Shown here: piece after piece, positions 1 through 11,932 of the stretch
Numbering within the stretch: position 1 is the first letter of the stretch
How the letters are laid out: the number at the start of each line of letters is the position of its first letter
Assembly (NCBI RefSeq): GCF_046105845.1
Contig: NZ_CP151004.1
Length of the DNA stretch: 64,000 bases
Origin: Escherichia coli
GTDB lineage: Bacteria > Pseudomonadota > Gammaproteobacteria > Enterobacterales > Enterobacteriaceae
Strand: one strand, 5' to 3'
The notes under the pieces: model-generated
Databases searched by the model: none
What the model was told of the DNA's origin: nothing
What the model saw: only the letters and a program-made list of their open reading frames with translations
Made by a program: the position numbers and the translations under genes

Positions 1-585
1 CATGCCCTGCGCGATAACGTTGGGCTGGCAAAAGCGGAAGTTATGGCGGAGCGTATTCGCCAGATTAACCCGGAGTGCCGTGTAACGGTGGTGGATGATT
101 TCGTGACGCCGGATAACGTAGCGCAGTATATGAGCGTGGGTTATTCGTACGTGATTGATGCCATTGATAGTGTACGGCCCAAAGCGGCGCTGATTGCTTA
201 TTGTCGGCGCAATAAAATCCCACTGGTCACAACCGGTGGCGCGGGTGGGCAGATTGACCCGACGCAGATTCAGGTTACCGATCTGGCGAAAACGATCCAG
301 GACCCGCTGGCGGCGAAGTTGCGTGAGCGCCTGAAAAGCGATTTTGGCATAGTGAAAAACAGTAAAGGTAAGCTCGGCGTGGATTGCGTGTTCTCTACCG
401 AAGCATTGGTGTACCCGCAGTCAGACGGTACGGTGTGTGCTATGAAAGCCACGGCGGAAGGGCCAAAGCGAATGGATTGTGCATCTGGATTTGGTGCTGC
501 GACGATGGTGACCGCCACCTTTGGTTTTGTTGCGGTTTCTCATGCGCTGAAGAAGATGATGGCGAAAGCGGCCCGTCAGGGGTAA
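1..585 (+). CDS. tcdA: tRNA threonylcarbamoyladenosine dehydratase TcdA/CsdL, C-terminal part (5' end cut by window edge)
   Basis: ORF 43..585 stays open in frame back to base 1 (HALRDNVGLAKAEV-MAERIRQ...); ThiF/MoeB-like E1 fold C-terminus; sits next to csdE-csdA as in E. coli. Confidence 0.8.
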   Translation, partial: HALRDNVGLAKAEVMAERIRQINPECRVTVVDDFVTPDNVAQYMSVGYSYVIDAIDSVRPKAALIAYCRRNKIPLVTTGGAGGQIDPTQIQVTDLAKTIQDPLAAKLRERLKSDFGIVKNSKGKLGVDCVFSTEALVYPQSDGTVCAMKATAEGPKRMDCASGFGAATMVTATFGFVAVSHALKKMMAKAARQG

Positions 586-590
586 ACAAG

Positions 591-627
591 CAGGTCGGAT
601 GCGACGCGAACGTCTTATCCGACCTGG
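591..627. repeat. REP-like palindromic unit downstream of tcdA
   Basis: caggtcggatgcgacgcgaacgtcttatccgacctgg: imperfect palindrome of REP type (GGATGCG...CTTATCC). Confidence 0.5.
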
Positions 628-635
628 TTCTGTGC

Positions 636-1079
636 TTAAACCTGCTTCGCCACAGCGATAATCGCCTCGCTTAACGCATTCAACCCCTGGCTGCGTGAGG
701 CGCTAAGCTGCGCACGCAATCCCAGCTCATCAAACAATGTCAGCGGCGACTGTGCCTGCAATTCGGCGGCGGTTTTCCCCTCAACGGCAGTCAACAACAC
801 CGCCAGCAGGCCGCGCACAATGCGCCCTTCGCTGTCGCCAAAGAAGTGCATTTTACCGTTTTCAGCCATGGTATATCCCAGCCAGACGCGGTTTTCGCAT
901 CCGGCAATCTCTTTAGCCTGTGCTTTTAATTCGTCTGGCAAAGCAGGAAGCTGTTTCCCCAGCATGATCAACTGGCGATATTTATCTTCCCATTGCGTCA
1001 ACGGTGCGAAGGTATTGCGTAACGTTTCTGCGGTTACGGTTGTGCCGAACGGATGTCCGGCGAATTGCGGGTTTGTCAT
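636..1079 (-). CDS. csdE: cysteine desulfurase sulfur acceptor CsdE (SufE-like)
   Basis: 147 aa ORF, SufE-family sequence, abuts csdA stop (coupled). Confidence 0.85.
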   Translation of the reverse strand: MTNPQFAGHPFGTTVTAETLRNTFAPLTQWEDKYRQLIMLGKQLPALPDELKAQAKEIAGCENRVWLGYTMAENGKMHFFGDSEGRIVRGLLAVLLTAVEGKTAAELQAQSPLTLFDELGLRAQLSASRSQGLNALSEAIIAVAKQV

Positions 1080-2284
1080 TAATCCACCAATAATTCCAGC
1101 GCGCGGTCAACGGCATTCACCAGCGCATCCACATCACTCTTTGTATTATATGGCGCAAAAGAGGCGCGCAGTGTGCCGGTTACGCCTAATTCTGCCAGTA
1201 GCGGCTGAGCGCAATGCTGCCCGGCCCGCAGGGCAATACCGTACTCCGCCAGCAGCGTCACCATATCGCTGTGATGAACGCCAGCAAAATCAAAGGCCAG
1301 CAGGCTGGAATCCTGGCAGCGAAATGAGCGGAAGCCAGGACGTTTTGCCAGCGCATCTTCCGCCAGCGTTGCTAAGCTACGGCTCCAGCTTTCGGCCTGG
1401 TTGATATCGTAATCTGCCAGCCATTCCAGCGCCGCGCTTAATCCTATGACACCAGCGACATTTGGCGTTCCAGCTTCCAGTTTCCACGGCGCAGATTGAG
1501 TCGTGAAGCCGTCAAAACTCACTTCGTGAACCATTTTGCCGCCGCCCAGCCAGGGCGACATCGCTTCCAGCAGTTCTGATTTGCCATACAGCACGCCGAT
1601 ACCTGTCGGGCCATACAGTTTGTGACCTGAAAAAGCATAGAAATCAATATCCAGTTGCTGAACATCCGCGGGGAAATGCACTGCCCCCTGAGCACCATCA
1701 ACCATCACCACCATCCCGGCTGAATGAGCAAAGGTAATCGCTCGCGCCAGATCCGGGCAACCGCCAGTGACGTTCGACATTTGTCCCAGAGCAAGAATTC
1801 GACTACGAGGTGTGATCAGTTCTGGCAACAAATCGACATCCGGCAGTCGCTGCGCATTAAGCGGCAATTTCACCACTTTGGCTCCAGTTTGTTGGGCGAC
1901 CATCAGCCAGGGGACAAGGTTAGCGTGGTGTTCTGCCACGCTGACAATAATCTCATCGCCCGGTTGCAGACGCGGACGCGCATAGCATTGTGCCACCATG
2001 TTGATGGATTCAGTGGTGCCGCGCGTCCAGACGATAGTTTTATCATCCGGTGCATTCAGTAATTGCGCCACTTTCTCTCGTGCAGCTTCAAAACGCGCGG
2101 TCAGGCGTTGGGCTTCGGCAAACTGGCTGCGATGGACGTTTCCGGCGCTCAGGCTGTAAAACTGTCGGGTGGCTTTAACCACGGCTTCAGGTTTAAGCGC
2201 GGTCGCGGCGCTGTCGAGATAGACGCCCGCATCCTGAAGTGCGGGAAACTGGGCGCGAAACTGCGCGGGATTAAAAACGTTCAT
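1079..2284 (-). CDS. csdA: cysteine desulfurase CsdA (PLP-dependent, class V aminotransferase fold)
   Basis: ORF 1079..2320 trimmed to the [16 protein letters not shown] start (ATG at 2282-2284 on the minus strand); PLP-lysine motif [11 protein letters not shown]. Confidence 0.9.
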   Translation of the reverse strand: MNVFNPAQFRAQFPALQDAGVYLDSAATALKPEAVVKATRQFYSLSAGNVHRSQFAEAQRLTARFEAAREKVAQLLNAPDDKTIVWTRGTTESINMVAQCYARPRLQPGDEIIVSVAEHHANLVPWLMVAQQTGAKVVKLPLNAQRLPDVDLLPELITPRSRILALGQMSNVTGGCPDLARAITFAHSAGMVVMVDGAQGAVHFPADVQQLDIDFYAFSGHKLYGPTGIGVLYGKSELLEAMSPWLGGGKMVHEVSFDGFTTQSAPWKLEAGTPNVAGVIGLSAALEWLADYDINQAESWSRSLATLAEDALAKRPGFRSFRCQDSSLLAFDFAGVHHSDMVTLLAEYGIALRAGQHCAQPLLAELGVTGTLRASFAPYNTKSDVDALVNAVDRALELLVD

Positions 2285-2475
2285 GGTACTCCTCGGCTTG
2301 ATGAACCGATCGTGACGCAAAATTCACTTTGATACAAGGAGAGTGCTAACCATCAGAATTATCTGGATATCCTGGCGAAGCCGCGTAAGTAACATATGCT
2401 GAATAGTGTTAGGCGTTAATTTTAGCCTGTTAATCAATACTATTAAGATTTATTAATCGCTTTAAGGAGAAGATG

Positions 2476-2703
2476 ATGAAAAAGACTGCCGCAATTATTT
2501 CTGCCTGTATGCTGACTTTTGCCCTGAGCGCCTGTTCCGGTTCGAACTATGTGATGCACACCAATGACGGACGTACCATCGTCTCTGACGGCAAACCACA
2601 GACTGATAACGATACCGGTATGATTTCGTATAAAGACGCTAATGGCAACAAACAGCAGATCAACCGTACTGACGTGAAAGAGATGGTCGAACTGGATCAG
2701 TAA
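2476..2703 (+). CDS. ygdI: small lipoprotein, DUF903 family
   Basis: [23 protein letters not shown] signal peptide with lipobox (LSAC); 75 aa; RBS aaggaga upstream. Confidence 0.8.
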   Translation: MKKTAAIISACMLTFALSACSGSNYVMHTNDGRTIVSDGKPQTDNDTGMISYKDANGNKQQINRTDVKEMVELDQ

Positions 2704-2719
2704 TTCGCGATCGCAAGGT

Positions 2720-2925
2720 AAAAAAAAGCACCGCAATTAGGCGGTGCTACATTAATCACTATGGACAGACAGGGTAAATGTACAGGAAGTGAAAAAAGGT
2801 AGCTTTGCTACCATGGTCTGAATCGCAGACCAATTGCAAACACAACAACACAACATCACAACCGTAAGCCAAAAGTTCACCAGAACACGCATTCCGATAA
2901 AACTTTTCGTTCCGGCTCAGGAAGT
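2720..2925 (-). ncRNA. gcvB: GcvB small regulatory RNA (Hfq-dependent, represses amino-acid/peptide transporter mRNAs)
   Basis: Minus-strand sequence reads ACTTCCTGAGCCGGAACGAAAAGTTTTATCGGAATGCGTGTTCTGGTGAAC...TGTTGTGTTGTTGTGTTTGCAATTGG... (G/U-rich R1 region) and ends in hairpin GCACCGCCTAATTGCGGTGC plus U8; divergent from gcvA. Confidence 0.85.
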
Positions 2926-3053
2926 GCCGCCACTATAGGTATTTGCTGGTAGAAGCTCAACGGACAATTTATAATGGCTCAGATTAAAAAAACTAATAGG
3001 TTACACAGTGTGATCTAATTGTTAAATTCATTTAACATCAAAGTTTAAAAGCC
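2926..3053. promoter_or_regulatory. gcvA/gcvB divergent promoter region
   Basis: 128 bp AT-rich spacer between the gcvB 5' end and the gcvA start codon; known site of GcvA autoregulation and gcvB activation. Confidence 0.5.
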
Positions 3054-3971
3054 ATGTCTAAACGATTACCACCGCTAAATGCCTTACGAGTTTTTGATGC
3101 CGCAGCACGCCATTTAAGTTTCACTCGCGCAGCAGAAGAGCTTTTTGTGACCCAGGCCGCAGTAAGTCATCAAATCAAGTCTCTTGAGGATTTTCTGGGG
3201 CTAAAACTGTTCCGCCGCCGTAATCGTTCACTCCTGCTGACCGAGGAAGGTCAAAGCTATTTCCTCGATATCAAAGAGATATTTTCGCAATTAACCGAAG
3301 CGACGCGTAAACTCCAGGCCCGTAGCGCCAAGGGGGCGTTGACGGTCAGTTTACTCCCCAGTTTCGCCATTCATTGGTTGGTTCCGCGACTTTCCAGCTT
3401 TAATTCAGCTTATCCGGGAATTGACGTTCGAATCCAGGCGGTTGATCGTCAGGAAGATAAGCTGGCGGATGATGTTGATGTGGCGATATTTTATGGTCGG
3501 GGCAACTGGCCGGGGCTACGGGTGGAAAAACTGTACGCCGAGTATTTATTGCCGGTGTGTTCGCCGCTACTGCTGACTGGCGAAAAACCCTTGAAGACCC
3601 CGGAAGATCTGGCTAAACATACGTTATTACATGATGCGTCGCGTCGTGACTGGCAGACATATACTCGCCAATTGGGGTTAAATCATATCAACGTTCAGCA
3701 AGGGCCAATTTTTAGCCATAGCGCCATGGTGCTGCAAGCGGCTATTCACGGGCAGGGAGTGGCGCTGGCAAATAACGTGATGGCGCAATCTGAAATCGAG
3801 GCCGGACGTCTTGTTTGCCCGTTTAATGATGTTCTGGTCAGTAAAAATGCTTTTTATCTGGTTTGTCATGACAGTCAGGCAGAACTGGGTAAAATAGCCG
3901 CCTTTCGCCAATGGATCCTGGCGAAAGCCGCTGCTGAACAAGAAAAATTCCGCTTTCGTTATGAACAATAA
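3054..3971 (+). CDS. gcvA: LysR-family transcriptional regulator GcvA (glycine cleavage system activator)
   Basis: 305 aa; N-terminal LysR HTH (LRVFDAAARHLSFTRAAEELFVTQAAVSHQIKSLE). Confidence 0.9.
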   Translation: MSKRLPPLNALRVFDAAARHLSFTRAAEELFVTQAAVSHQIKSLEDFLGLKLFRRRNRSLLLTEEGQSYFLDIKEIFSQLTEATRKLQARSAKGALTVSLLPSFAIHWLVPRLSSFNSAYPGIDVRIQAVDRQEDKLADDVDVAIFYGRGNWPGLRVEKLYAEYLLPVCSPLLLTGEKPLKTPEDLAKHTLLHDASRRDWQTYTRQLGLNHINVQQGPIFSHSAMVLQAAIHGQGVALANNVMAQSEIEAGRLVCPFNDVLVSKNAFYLVCHDSQAELGKIAAFRQWILAKAAAEQEKFRFRYEQ

Positions 3972-3989
3972 TTTACGTAGGGTACGACC

Positions 3990-4385
3990 ATGACCAGCCG
4001 TTTTATGCTGATTTTCGCCGCCATTAGCGGCTTCATTTTTGTGGCTCTGGGCGCTTTTGGCGCGCATGTGTTAAGTAAAACCATGGGGGCCGTTGAGATG
4101 GGCTGGATCCAGACCGGTCTCGAATATCAGGCGTTCCATACGCTGGCGATCTTAGGTCTGGCGGTGGCAATGCAGCGTCGCATCAGTATCTGGTTTTACT
4201 GGAGTAGCGTTTTCCTCGCGTTAGGCACGGTGCTGTTCAGCGGCAGCCTTTATTGCCTGGCGCTGTCCCATCTGCGTTTGTGGGCATTTGTCACACCGGT
4301 TGGTGGCGTGAGCTTCCTCGCGGGCTGGGCGTTAATGTTAGTTGGTGCTATCCGTTTAAAGCGCAAGGGCGTAAGTCATGAATAA
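3990..4385 (+). CDS. ygdD: inner membrane protein, DUF423 family
   Basis: 131 aa hydrophobic ORF with about four TM segments; overlaps rlmM start by 8 bp. Confidence 0.85.
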
Positions 4386-5478
4386 GGTTGTATTGCTGTG
4401 CCGTCCGGGCTTTGAAAAAGAGTGCGCCGCAGAAATTACCGATAAAGCCGGCCAGCGGGAAATTTTCGGTTTTGCCCGCGTGAAAGAGAATGCGGGTTAT
4501 GTCATTTATGAATGTTATCAACCTGATGATGGCGATAAGTTAATCCGTGAGCTGCCGTTCAGTTCATTAATTTTTGCCCGCCAGTGGTTTGTGGTGGGGG
4601 AACTCCTGCAGCATTTGCCGCCAGAAGATCGTATTACCCCCATTGTCGGCATGTTACAGGGTGTAGTAGAGAAGGGCGGTGAACTGCGTGTTGAAGTTGC
4701 CGATACCAACGAAAGCAAAGAGTTGCTGAAATTCTGCCGTAAATTCACCGTGCCGCTACGCGCTGCCTTGCGCGATGCGGGTGTGCTGGCGAACTATGAA
4801 ACGCCGAAGCGTCCGGTTGTGCATGTATTCTTTATTGCACCAGGCTGCTGCTATACCGGTTACTCATACAGCAACAATAATTCGCCGTTCTATATGGGCA
4901 TTCCGCGCCTGAAATTTCCGGCAGATGCGCCGAGTCGTTCCACGCTCAAACTGGAAGAGGCATTTCATGTGTTTATTCCTGCGGATGAGTGGGATGAACG
5001 CCTGGCGAACGGGATGTGGGCGGTGGATTTAGGCGCTTGCCCAGGCGGCTGGACCTACCAACTGGTGAAGCGCAACATGTGGGTTTATTCCGTCGACAAC
5101 GGCCCGATGGCGCAAAGTCTGATGGATACCGGACAGGTGACGTGGCTGCGGGAAGACGGTTTCAAATTCCGTCCGACACGCAGCAATATCTCCTGGATGG
5201 TATGCGATATGGTTGAAAAACCGGCGAAAGTTGCGGCATTGATGGCGCAGTGGCTGGTTAATGGCTGGTGCCGTGAAACCATTTTCAACCTCAAACTGCC
5301 GATGAAAAAACGCTACGAAGAAGTGTCACACAATCTGGCGTATATTCAGGCACAGCTTGATGAACATGGCATAAATGCTCAGATCCAGGCGCGGCAGTTA
5401 TATCACGATCGCGAAGAAGTGACGGTGCACGTCCGCCGTATCTGGGCTGCGGTGGGTGGTCGTCGCGACGAGCGATAA
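4378..5478 (+). CDS. rlmM: 23S rRNA 2'-O-ribose C2498 methyltransferase RlmM
   Basis: 366 aa; SAM-dependent methyltransferase region ([14 protein letters not shown]). Confidence 0.9.
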
Positions 5479-5521
5479 CAGGCAAGGCCGGGGCGTCGTC
5501 TCCGGCCTGCTACCCTTTCCG

Positions 5522-6253
5522 TCAGGCTGTTACCAAAGAAGTTGCAACCTGGCGCTCATCAGAAATAATGTGCGTGACCTCATCCAGATGCCCGATGCGG
5601 GCTTCCCCTGAACGATTAAATTTACTTTTATCAATCAATAACAACGATTGCGCGGCGCGTTTTAATAGCATTGATTTGTAATCAGCGTTGATGGCATTGG
5701 AGTCCCACAGTGCGCCGCTGCTATCGATCCCTTCACAAGAAAAAATAAACAGATCGATTTCCAGCGATTTAAGTTGGGAAATCAGCGAGGGATTGACGTA
5801 ACAGCCATATTTGCGCTCAAGTGTGCCGCCGGAACTGATCAGTTGAATGCGTTCGCGTTTACCGAGTTCATGGCAAATCGGATGGCTATTGGTGAAGACC
5901 TGGATGTTGATGTCAGGCAACTGGCGTGCCAGATACCAGCAGGTTGAACTGGCGTCTAAGGCTATTACCATCCCTTCTTCAATCCACGCGAGCGCCTCGC
6001 GCGCGATATCTGCTTTATGCGCATAATGGCTTTTCAGCCGGATGTGAAAGGGATCGCCACTGTCTTGATTTTGACGGTGGATATATTTAGCGCGCCCATG
6101 ATTGCGCAGAATTTTACCCTGCGTCTGTAATTCATTGAGATCGCGACGAATGGTTTCTTTACTGACCTTTAGCTGTTCAGAGAGAGCTTCCGTGGTCAGG
6201 CTGGTATGGTTCAGCAGCAGGTCGACTATCGCTTGCTGGCGTGCCGCTTTCAT
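5522..6253 (-). CDS. fucR: DeoR-family activator of the fucose regulon FucR
   Basis: ORF 5522..6262 trimmed to MKAARQQAIVDLL start; N-terminal DeoR HTH, C-terminal sugar-phosphate binding domain. Confidence 0.85.
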   Translation of the reverse strand: MKAARQQAIVDLLLNHTSLTTEALSEQLKVSKETIRRDLNELQTQGKILRNHGRAKYIHRQNQDSGDPFHIRLKSHYAHKADIAREALAWIEEGMVIALDASSTCWYLARQLPDINIQVFTNSHPICHELGKRERIQLISSGGTLERKYGCYVNPSLISQLKSLEIDLFIFSCEGIDSSGALWDSNAINADYKSMLLKRAAQSLLLIDKSKFNRSGEARIGHLDEVTHIISDERQVATSLVTA

Positions 6254-6310
6254 ATTTTTCACCCCATCATTCGATAACCGCCCGCGTCATGCGGGCGTAC
6301 CGGTATGAGA

Positions 6311-6733
6311 TTACGGTGTTACCCCTTTTTTTAAAAGAATATTCCCGTACTTCGCTCGTTCGCCTGTGATAACGATCGCAAAGGCTTTTTGCGCCCGTTC
6401 ATAAAACGCAAAACGATTGATGCGGATGATGTCAGGACACGGGGCTTGTAGTGAAAGCGCATTACGGTAACGTCGTTCTACTTCAGGATCGAGAGTGTCA
6501 CCTTCTACCGCCGCCATCATCACCAGCGGCGGTGCATAACTGTCCAGTTCAAATAACGGGATAATCGCCTGGAGCAAGTCGCTCACCAACAGGCCATCAG
6601 CGCGGATCACCTGCGGTCCCATCGAATGGGCGGGAAAGTGAGCATCGGAAAAAATAATTTCATCTCCATGCCCCATCTCTGCCAGCACTTTCAATAGTTC
6701 GGGAGAAATTAACGGCGAAATTGTTTTCAGCAT
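6311..6733 (-). CDS. fucU: L-fucose mutarotase FucU (RbsD/FucU family)
   Basis: 140 aa, RbsD/FucU fold; last gene of fucPIKU. Confidence 0.9.
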
Positions 6734-6734
6734 T

Positions 6735-8153
6735 TCACACTTCCTCTATAAATTCAGGTTCAGTTTGCGGGTAGAAATAACGGTACTGATAATGAATCTG
6801 CGCGCGGGCTTCTTCCGGGCTGTTAAATTCCCCTACGCCATACCAACCGAACAGCGCAGCTCCTGCGACGGTCGTTTCTGCGTCGTCGAGAACTTTTACC
6901 GGAATATCAAGCATATTGGCTTTAATCTGATTCCACAATGTGTTGCGACTTCCTCCGCCGACTAACAATAATTCAGAGGCTTTAAAGTGCCCGATTTTTT
7001 CCAGCATCTGTAGATTGCGCTGTAATTGCGCGGTTAACCCTTCCAGCGCCGCGCGATAGAAATGCCCCCGCGTGGTATTAAGCGTCACTCCTTGCCAGCC
7101 AGCGTTCTGACACGACAATAAATCACACTGCATTTTCACGCCATCCGCGCCAGGCGCGATCAGACGAGCCTCTTCAATCAACATTTGCCAGGGAGTTTCA
7201 GCCGTCCAGAACAGTTTTCTCACCCATTCCAGCACGCCGGATGCCAGCCATTGCATACCTGGGTTATACAACCCTGCCTGACTATCCAGTTCGCAGGTGG
7301 AACCGGCATACTGACTTAACAGCGAAGTATCAACCTGGGCGCTACGGACCATTAAAATTTCCCATGTACCGGAAGAGAGCACGGGTTCATTTTGTTCAGC
7401 ACCAGCGCCAAAAAGGGCGAACTGGGTATCGTGACCTGCGGAAATCACCGGTATGCCAACGGGTAAGCCGAGCATTGCTGCGGCGCTGTTCTGTAACGTA
7501 CCAATCTGTTCACCCGCCTCCACCAGACGAGGGAAGAGTCGGCGTGGAATACCGGTGGCGTGTAAAATTTGCGGACTGAAATCGCGTTGCTGGATATCCA
7601 GCATCTGGCTGGTTCCGGCCATCGTGATATCAGTAGTGAATTCGCCGGTTAAACGGTGGTTAATCAGCGACGAAATAAAGAGCCAGGCGTGCGCGCGTTC
7701 CAGCAGTTGTGGATGATTTTCTTTCAACCACACCAACTTATATAACGTATTGAAACTAAAGGCTCCGACTCCAGAAATAGCCTGCAACTGCTGTGCGGAG
7801 ATCAACCGTTCAATATTGTCCATTACCGCTGCTGTTCGCGGACATTTCCAGCTAATGATCGGATAGAGCAGATTGCCTTGCTTATCTACCAGAGCGCCAT
7901 CCACACCAAAGGTGGTGACGGCGATACCGCGGATGTGGCAATCAGTCAGTTCACTATTGATTTGCCGACAGCAATCAGCAAAGCGTTGCAAAATGGCGTC
8001 TAAAGACCACTGGTGCCAGGTGTTGTTTTCCATCGCGATATCGCTGGCATTAGGCGTTGAGGCGCGGGCAACAATTTTTCCCTGCCGATTAACCGCGATG
8101 GCCCTGACATTGGTCGCGCCACAGTCGAGTACCAGGATAACTTCTTGTTTCAT
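6735..8153 (-). CDS. fucK: L-fuculokinase FucK (FGGY carbohydrate kinase)
   Basis: ORF 6735..8183 trimmed to [17 protein letters not shown] start; FGGY kinase N-terminal motif. Confidence 0.85.
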
Positions 8154-8261
8154 AATCGCTCCTGCAATATAGCCGGATAACATTGTTTATCCGGCTAACC
8201 ACTCTTGCTTGTTCAGGCCCGGTAGCCGGAGCGACCGGGCATCACATCAGGGAGTAATGTA

Positions 8262-10037
8262 TTAACGCTTGTACAACGGGCCGTAGTTCTGGCAAGCGCG
8301 GTAATCCTGGCCTTCAATATCCATGCCGTGCGCGGCCCAGGCAGAAGGACGATATACTTTGGTCTCTTCAACGTTGTGCATACATACCGGGATACGCAGC
8401 ATGGAGGCGAGAGTGATAAAGTCTGCGCCAACGTGGCCGATGGTCAGAACCCCGTGGTTAGCGCCCCAGTTCGCCATTACCGAATACACATCCGTAAACG
8501 GCCCTTTACCGGTGAGGCGCGGTGCAAACCAGGTGGTTGGCCAGGTTGAGTTGGTGCGTTTGTTGAGGATGTCATGCACATCCTTCGGCAATTCCACGCT
8601 CCAGCCTTCCGCGATTTGCAGTACCGGTCCGAGTCCTTTGATGATGTTGACACGGGTCATGGTGAACGGGACGCCGCCTTCGGTAAGGAAGCGGGAAGAG
8701 TAACCGCCGCCACGGAAGTATTCGTGGATCGCCGGGCACCATTCGGTAGCGGCGAGGCAAGCGTCAGCCTCTTGCTGAGAGATTTCCCAGTGTGGCTTCA
8801 TCGTCGGGTTACCTTCGCTGTCGCGTTGTTTACAGGAACCGTCCAGCGCAGCAGAACCTGAGTTGATCAAATGGATGATGCCGTGTTCTGCCAGTCCGTC
8901 CAGTTTATGCCCCGTTACACGCTCAATTGCTTCTGGTGACCAGTAGGTACGCACATCGGCAAATACCTGAGCGGTGCCGGTGAGCTGGTGACCCATTAGC
9001 ATTGCCACGCCGTTAAGACTGTCGTTTTCAGTCGCCACGACAAAGGGTTCGCGCACGCCATTCCAGTCAAATGAACTGTTGAGGATCGCTTCGGCGGTAT
9101 CGCCATTGGGATATTGATCGGTCCAGTGGCGTTGTCCCTGGAAGCCCGCAGCGATGGCGTTGTAGCCAAGTGATTCTTCCACGCGACCAATATCGGCCAG
9201 TTTGCTGTTGCCTTGCATCATGTCGCGGATACACATCGCCATCAGTAAACTTTCGCGCAGAACTGCGCGGCTTTGCTCGGCATTGCGTTGATACTGTTTG
9301 TTATTTTCATCTTCGCCATAGCGGAAGTTTTTATCAGCCCAGGCCAGCGCCATTTCCAGTTCGGCTTCGTCGTAAATCTTCTGATCGATACGGCGACGCA
9401 GTTCGGTCATATCCACCGCCTGGACTTTCATTCCCAGCCAGGATTCAAAGAAGTTGTGATCAACAATGGAACCGGCGATACCCATCGAAACGCCGCCCAG
9501 CGACAGATAGCTTTTACCTTTCATGCTGGCGACTGCTAAACCGGCGCGGGCAAAGCGCAGCAGTTTTTCTTCAACATCGGCAGGAATCGATGTGTCATCG
9601 GCATCCTGAACATCATGACCGTAAATGGAGAATGCCGGGATGCCTTTCTGGCTGTGAGCTGCCAGAGCCGCTGCCAGGTAAACAGCGCCGGGACGTTCAG
9701 TGCCGTTAAAGCCCCAAATGGCTTTCGGGCGGGTTGGATCCATGTCGATGGTTTCACTGCCATAGCACCAGCAAGGCGTTACCGTAATGGTGAGGCCTAC
9801 ATTCTGACTGCTGAATTTTTCTTCGCAAGCAGCGGCTTCAGCCATACCCGCGATACAGGTATCGGAAATGACACACTCGACGGCAGCTCCGCAGGCATGG
9901 CGCAGTTTCTCGGTCAGCAGTGCAGCCGTGGCTTTCGCCATATTCATTGTTTGTTCTTCAAGCGACTCACGAACACCCATGCGACGACCGTCAATAACCG
10001 GGCGGATACCAATTTTCGGTAAGCTGATTTTTTTCAT
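8262..10037 (-). CDS. fucI: L-fucose isomerase FucI
   Basis: 591 aa, [31 protein letters not shown]-terminus. Confidence 0.9.
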   Translation of the reverse strand: MKKISLPKIGIRPVIDGRRMGVRESLEEQTMNMAKATAALLTEKLRHACGAAVECVISDTCIAGMAEAAACEEKFSSQNVGLTITVTPCWCYGSETIDMDPTRPKAIWGFNGTERPGAVYLAAALAAHSQKGIPAFSIYGHDVQDADDTSIPADVEEKLLRFARAGLAVASMKGKSYLSLGGVSMGIAGSIVDHNFFESWLGMKVQAVDMTELRRRIDQKIYDEAELEMALAWADKNFRYGEDENNKQYQRNAEQSRAVLRESLLMAMCIRDMMQGNSKLADIGRVEESLGYNAIAAGFQGQRHWTDQYPNGDTAEAILNSSFDWNGVREPFVVATENDSLNGVAMLMGHQLTGTAQVFADVRTYWSPEAIERVTGHKLDGLAEHGIIHLINSGSAALDGSCKQRDSEGNPTMKPHWEISQQEADACLAATEWCPAIHEYFRGGGYSSRFLTEGGVPFTMTRVNIIKGLGPVLQIAEGWSVELPKDVHDILNKRTNSTWPTTWFAPRLTGKGPFTDVYSVMANWGANHGVLTIGHVGADFITLASMLRIPVCMHNVEETKVYRPSAWAAHGMDIEGQDYRACQNYGPLYKR

Positions 10038-10069
10038 TACTGATTCCTCACTTTATTCGGAAAATATGT

Positions 10070-11386
10070 TCAGTTAGTTGCCGTTTGAGAACGGAAACGG
10101 GCAAAGATAAAGATGACTGCGAAGCAGAGTGCCGGGATCAGTTCGGCAGTGGGGATGTTGCCCGCTGCGTCACTGACAAACCCCATGACCGGAGTGACAA
10201 TACCGCCGCCAATAATGGTCATAACGATGAAGGACGAACCGTATTTGGTGTCCTGGCCGAGATTTTTAATGCCCAGCGAGAAGATTGTTGGGTACTGAAT
10301 CGACATAAAGGCACTGCATAAAGTCAGGGCTATTAAGCCCACATGACCGCCAGCGAAGGCTGAGATCAGGCACAGTGCCATAGCGATTAATGCGTAGGCG
10401 GCCAGGACTTTGTGTGGTGCAAAGCGACTGATGAGCCAGGTACCGGTGAAACGACCAATAAAGAAGCACACCATGGTTCCGGTTAAATAGTTAGCGGCAA
10501 AGCCTGCAGTCATACCTGGAATTTCTTCTACAGCGTAGCGAATCAAATAGCTCCAGCAGGCCGTTTGTGCGCCGACATAGCAGAATTGCGCTAATACCGC
10601 CCAGCGCCAGTGACGAATACGCGCCAGACGAGAAAGCGATGCGGAGAACGATCCTTGTTTGGCGTCACTGTGATTATCACTCTGCAATGCCGGGAATTTC
10701 GTCAGCATGATCAGCAGGGCGACCAGTAACACGATAGCCACGATGATCATATAAGGTGTCTGTACCGATAATACCAGGCTGTGTTTATACGCACTCAATT
10801 GCTCTGGAGACATTTTATCGAGAACGTCTTGCGATTGATGTGGCACGTTAGACAAAATAAGACTTTGCCCAAAGACAACCGCGATAATTGCGCCAAATGA
10901 GTTAAATGTTTGCGCAAGATTTAAGCGGAAGTGACCACTGCTTTCCGGCCCTAATACCGTAACAAAAGGGTTTGCGGCAGTTTCCAGACAACCTAATCCA
11001 GCTGCAATAATAAATAGGCCAACTAAAAATAAGGTGTAGTTCATTATTTCTGCAGCGGGCCAGAATAATGCAGCGCCCAAGGCATATAAAAATAATCCGG
11101 TAATAATCCCTGCTTTATAACTGAGTTTTTTCATCAATATCCCAGCAGGGATTGGGATAATGAAATAACCAAAGTAAAAGGCCGATTGGATCAGGCCAGC
11201 CTGGAAATTTGTCAGCGTAAAAGCCTGCTGGAATTGAGGTAATAAAATGTCGTTAAGGTTATTGGCTACCGCCCAAAGAAAAAACAGTGAGCACAGCAGC
11301 GCGAATGGAATAATGTAACTTCTGCTTTGCCCTGCATCTTTATCTACCGCACGGTAACTCTGCGTTTGTATTGATGTGTTTCCCAT
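10070..11386 (-). CDS. fucP: L-fucose:H+ symporter FucP (MFS)
   Basis: 438 aa, 12-TM MFS profile. Confidence 0.9.
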   Translation of the reverse strand: MGNTSIQTQSYRAVDKDAGQSRSYIIPFALLCSLFFLWAVANNLNDILLPQFQQAFTLTNFQAGLIQSAFYFGYFIIPIPAGILMKKLSYKAGIITGLFLYALGAALFWPAAEIMNYTLFLVGLFIIAAGLGCLETAANPFVTVLGPESSGHFRLNLAQTFNSFGAIIAVVFGQSLILSNVPHQSQDVLDKMSPEQLSAYKHSLVLSVQTPYMIIVAIVLLVALLIMLTKFPALQSDNHSDAKQGSFSASLSRLARIRHWRWAVLAQFCYVGAQTACWSYLIRYAVEEIPGMTAGFAANYLTGTMVCFFIGRFTGTWLISRFAPHKVLAAYALIAMALCLISAFAGGHVGLIALTLCSAFMSIQYPTIFSLGIKNLGQDTKYGSSFIVMTIIGGGIVTPVMGFVSDAAGNIPTAELIPALCFAVIFIFARFRSQTATN

Positions 11387-11932
11387 AGCATCCTCTTAGG
11401 TTCAGAAGCTTAAGCACGTAATCGGTTATGTTTTCAAAAGTGCAAAACCAGCGAGTTCGGGCTTCATATCAGTGAATATTTGCCTGTCAGAAATGAACTC
11501 ATGGATTCATTTTCAAATAAAAAACGCTCTGTAATATGACGGCGGTCACACTTATTAGCTGGGAGGTGACTTTATGTGACTACCATCACTTTAATAATCG
11601 AAATTTCATGCCCGTTTCAGAAAATAAATCATAAAAAACACAAACCCGATGACCGTATTAATTGTTTGTGCCGAAAACGGGCATTTCTGGCGAGGGGGAA
11701 TGGAAAAATGACCGTTTTGATAAATATTTTTAAGAGCGGTCATTTTTAATAGGGTTATAAAAAGAGAACTTGCAGTTATTTACTGTGATTAGTTGAACCA
11801 GGTCACAAAATATAAGCTTGTGAATTTCTTTCTGGTTAATCAGGAAGAAGATGGTGGGTAATTAAACGGCTAATTCAATAGTGTGAAAGGAACAACATTA
11901 TTGCCCTGTTTTGAATCAGAGAGAGGTAGCTA
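11387..11932. promoter_or_regulatory. divergent fucPIKUR / fucAO control region
   Basis: 546 bp AT-rich non-coding spacer between divergent fucP and fucA starts; known CRP/FucR-controlled region in E. coli. Confidence 0.6.

Noticed and set aside
43-585. tcdA as a complete 180-aa gene starting at 43
   Set aside because: The frame is open back to base 1, so this is the C-terminal part of a longer gene truncated by the window edge.
820-1404. 194-aa plus-strand ORF
   Set aside because: Antisense to the csdE/csdA junction; Pro/Ala/Arg-rich with no domain.
2284-2320. Longer N-terminal extensions offered by the ORF track for csdA, fucK, fucR, fucO, xni, gudD, ygcG, ygcW, ygcR, ygcQ, ygcO, ygcN, queD and cysH
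   Set aside because: In each case an internal start gives the length and N-terminus I recognise for the E. coli protein and has better spacing to the upstream gene; the extensions run into intergenic or upstream coding sequence.
9170-10022. Plus-strand ORFs 9170..9709 and 9615..10022
   Set aside because: Antisense to fucI.
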